Shown here in pieces: positions 60,790 to 64,000 of a stretch of DNA of 64,000 bases; position 1 is the first letter of the stretch; each line of letters begins with the position of its first letter. This DNA is from Lama guanicoe (lineage: Eukaryota): NCBI GenBank assembly GCA_013239625.1, contig MU053482.1, positions 5,035,775 through 5,099,774 of the forward strand, in the 5' to 3' direction. A program made the position numbers and the translations under genes. The notes below the pieces were generated by a model, which saw nothing but the letters and a program-made list of their open reading frames with translations, ran no database searches and was not told the origin of the DNA.

Positions 60790-63700
60790 TTTGGGTTTCA
60801 ACATTATAGATAACTATATGTTCAGACAAACCCTCTTGGTGCTGCATATTTCAAAAACTGGATAAGCCTTTAAAAAAACATATTTTTGTATTGCATGCTA
60901 AACTGGAAGGGAAGAAAATCTTTCTGATGCTGAAAACAACAAGGAAATGTAAATTCAGTAAGATGTGTTAATTTCTAATGACCTGTATAGCCAGAGGTTT
61001 AAGGGGTCACACTTACAGGGTCAAGACACAAAGTCTGGGTGGAGTCTGAAAGGAAGAGGAATTGGATCAGAGACCCCTGAGTAAATCCAGAGTCTCTGAA
61101 GAGTAACACTTTCAGTGGGTAAACTAGAAAATCTTGTCCCACAGAGAGAAACATTAAGGACAAATGTCTGTCTCAGCCTTAGGTATGAGTGGAGCAGAAC
61201 AAAGAAAAAGTCTGTCCCTGACAGTTCCTTATCATTAAATGTCTGTACTCACACAGATTTTTAGGGCTAGGATTCACACTACTTATTTGGCTTTAAAAGC
61301 CCCAAGTTGAAAATGTAATTTAAAGTTGTTCCAAGTTACGTGGTCTCCCCAAGGTAGAAGCAAACATATGTCCTTTTACAGGAATGAACTTTAAACCCAG
61401 GCCACAAAAAATTCCCAGAGATAAAATTCCACGGCAAATGAGTTCAGAATCAGAAATTACCCAATACATGAAAGGAAGCCACCATGAACAAGCATCAGCC
61501 AAAACAATAAACTGTAGATTCATCCCACAGATGCTATGGATATTAGCAACTAATCACTTACGGCATGTAAAATATATTTAATATGTCAAAGTAAAAGTTT
61601 TAAAAGACTACTGAAAGGATGATAAAAGAATAACTGTCAAAGTTGGAAAGATGTGAAAGGGAACCAAATAGAATTTGTAGAAATGAAAAAAAAATGGAAT
61701 AATGAAATTGGAAACCTCAGTGGATTAGACACAGCTGAAGAAGGAATTGATGAACTGCAACGTGGCATTGAAGAAATTACCCAGGATGCAGTATTAGGGA
61801 GACAGTGGAGTGGAAAACAAAAATTAGAAGACATAGAGGTTAAGAAAATCGAACATAAGACTAATTGGAATTCTAGCAGGAGAAAAGAAAGAGAATGGAG
61901 TATAGGCAATATTTAAAGACACAATGAGTTAGAATTTTCTAGAATTGATGAAAGATATACATTCTCAGATTCAGGAATCTCAGGGAATCCCAAACAGGAT
62001 AAATACCCAGAAATCTATACCTACCCACTTATAATGAAACCTAAGAACACTGAAGATAAAAGATTAAAAGCAGAGAGAAAAAAAGAAATTACCTGTAAAA
62101 GAACAACAGACTGAAAGCTGTCTTTTGTCAGGAACAATAAAATCCTGAAGATATTGAAATAAAATTTTCAAAATTGCAGAAAAATATTAACTTACATGTT
62201 TATACCCAGAAAAAAAACTCCTGTGTTTTTACGATGGGAGAAAATTTAAGGCATTTTATGCAAACATGAACTGAGAGGATTAACTACCAATATACTCTCA
62301 CTAACAGAAATCTCTAAAGGATGCACTCCATGAAGAAGGAAAATGAACACAAAAGAAAGACCTGAAATGCAACAAAAAATAAAGCTATCAGAATCCCAGA
62401 CAACTATAGCACTTAAGTCAGGCAGAGTGGCTAGAGTCAGAGTGTGCTGAGGGCCTTGTATCATTTAGTATGTGGATAAAGAGACTAATTAACGTAAGAC
62501 TTTATTAAGTTAAATACACGTGATAAATTTTCTAGGGAAGCCACTAAAATAATAAAAGAGTGTATAACCTCCCTACTAGTCATGAGGAGAAAATGAAATG
62601 AGAGAGAATAGAAGCCTTAGTCCCAGAGGCAGCAAGCATGGAAGAGGGGATGAAGAATCGGAAAAGCTGAGTAGTAGGAAGTTCAAAATATGTCAGTAGA
62701 AGTGAATCCAAGTATATTCATCAACCCAATCAATGTAAATTTACTTTATTCATTTAAAAGACAAAGACTGTCAGACGTGCTAACAAAAAATCTTGCCGTA
62801 TGTTATTTACTAGAGACAGTCTGAATATATGAGGACACAGAAAAGTTGAAAGAAAAAGTGGAAATAATCATATTTACTAGACTACTACTAATTAAAAGAA
62901 AGCTAAGGTAACTATTTTAATATCAGATGAAATAGACTTTCAGGCAAAAAGCATCACTACAGCAAGTCTCTACATATTAATGAGGCTAAAAATACTAGGA
63001 AAATAATGCACTTGTGTGCATCAAATATCTCAAAATAAAAAATGACAACCAAAATTTCAAGAAGAATTTGACAAATCTGCCATCACAGTAGCTGAAGATA
63101 TTTCTCTTAATAATACATTAAAGAAAAAGTTCATGAGGATAAAGATCTGGACAATATTACTAACTAGCAACACCCCAAAGCTGGAATATTCTCATCCTTT
63201 TCTACTGTGCATGGAACACTTACAAAATTTGACTATGTCCGGGAAGTCTCAGGGAGTTATTATACAGACCAAATCCTATGACCATGATGTAATAAAAAAA
63301 AAAAAACTTTTAACTATCCCTCTCCATATATTTGGAAAACATCATAGCTCAGGAATTGCTCATACTAGAAGGAATAGTCTATGGATTATAATTCTTTGAA
63401 GGGTGGTTACATTAATACAGTATAATACACATGGCAACTATGTTTGTTTAGAATGTCTCAGTTCTTCTACCATTCAGGATAATTGAGTTTATTCTGCCCT
63501 GTCTTGATATTTCAGAACTTTCTGAATACTGTTTCATTGTTTTCTATAAATAATTGCTAAAAAAGCATATTTGGATGCTAACTTGAAAAACAACTGAAAG
63601 TTTCACAAAATAATCCTACCTGAGAAAATTTTCTAAATAGCATCCTATTTCAAAATCATGCATACTACTTTACAACAAGTTAAACTGATGATGAACAATT

Positions 63701-64000
63701 TGCAGAACTGTAAATACGTGGGAGAAACAATTTCCTGGAAAAATAAAAAAAATTTTAGCAATAGAAAATGTTCATGGAACTAGCTGAAATTAGCCTAATA
63801 AAAAAGAAGAAAACTAGGAGACTTTAAAAATAAATTGTCTTTAAATTCTTAGCAACACTGAATTAAATTACTATTTAAATGTATTGACTATTTGAATGTA
63901 TCTCCTAAATTTTGAGGATTGAATATTTTTAAAATGTGAAGGGTAGAAACAACAGAAGAGGATCTCAAATCTTCTATATTAAAATGTCATAAAATTGAAG
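60790..64000 (+). mobile_element. Ancient L1 5' portion (5' UTR, ORF1, start of ORF2 endonuclease), decayed; preceded by an L1 RT fragment at ~60540-60790
   Basis: ORF1 coiled-coil-like NQIEFVEMK...LDTAEEGIDEL...EEITQ (61653-61916). aatgtaaat...ttaaaagacaaagactgtcaga (~62730-62775) corresponds to ORF2 LNVNGLN..IKRQRLSD. Confidence 0.8.

Larger units (their letters stand above)
51756..64000 (+). other. PARVA: 5' part of PARVA intron 4
   Basis: Starts gtaaga. The next expected exon (EKLESEKLNVAEVTQSE...) was not found before the window end. Confidence 0.8.

Noticed and set aside
1..64000. A novel multi-gene system, CRISPR array, operon, rRNA or tRNA gene
   Set aside because: The window is explained by spliced PARVA exons plus common mammalian repeats. 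I saw no regularly spaced repeat-spacer array, no long unexplained ORF and no recognisable structural RNA gene.

Overview
This is mammalian (eutherian) nuclear DNA, not prokaryotic. The window lies inside PARVA (alpha-parvin) on the + strand. It covers the last ~48.9 kb of the long first intron, three coding exons (48927-49016, 49097-49167, 51653-51755; canonical exons 2-4, encoding VSELQEEG...QVLQKLF and the start of the first calponin-homology domain), and ~12.2 kb of intron 4. The rest is ordinary intronic sequence rich in transposon fossils: L1, L2, MIR, MLT1/MER21/ERVL LTRs, and hAT and Tigger DNA elements. I saw no Alu, B1, Bov-tA, PRE-1 or Can-SINE. The young L1 3' ends resemble camelid L1 as I recall it, so a camelid source is likely (inference). 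Nearly all ORFs in the supplied track are chance ORFs or decayed L1/L2 coding remnants. I did not find a previously undescribed biological system. The more interesting details are: (1) young L1 insertions with readable target-site duplications, including a 56-bp micro-insertion and a probable short 3' transduction; (2) multi-level element nesting; (3) an exon 2-4 block that would give a stop-free ORF if back-spliced; (4) a CpG-rich patch with a splice donor upstream of exon 2; and (5) several repeat-poor, motif-dense candidate enhancers. Repeat subfamily names come from my recall of consensus sequences and need RepeatMasker/Dfam confirmation. Old-repeat boundaries are approximate.
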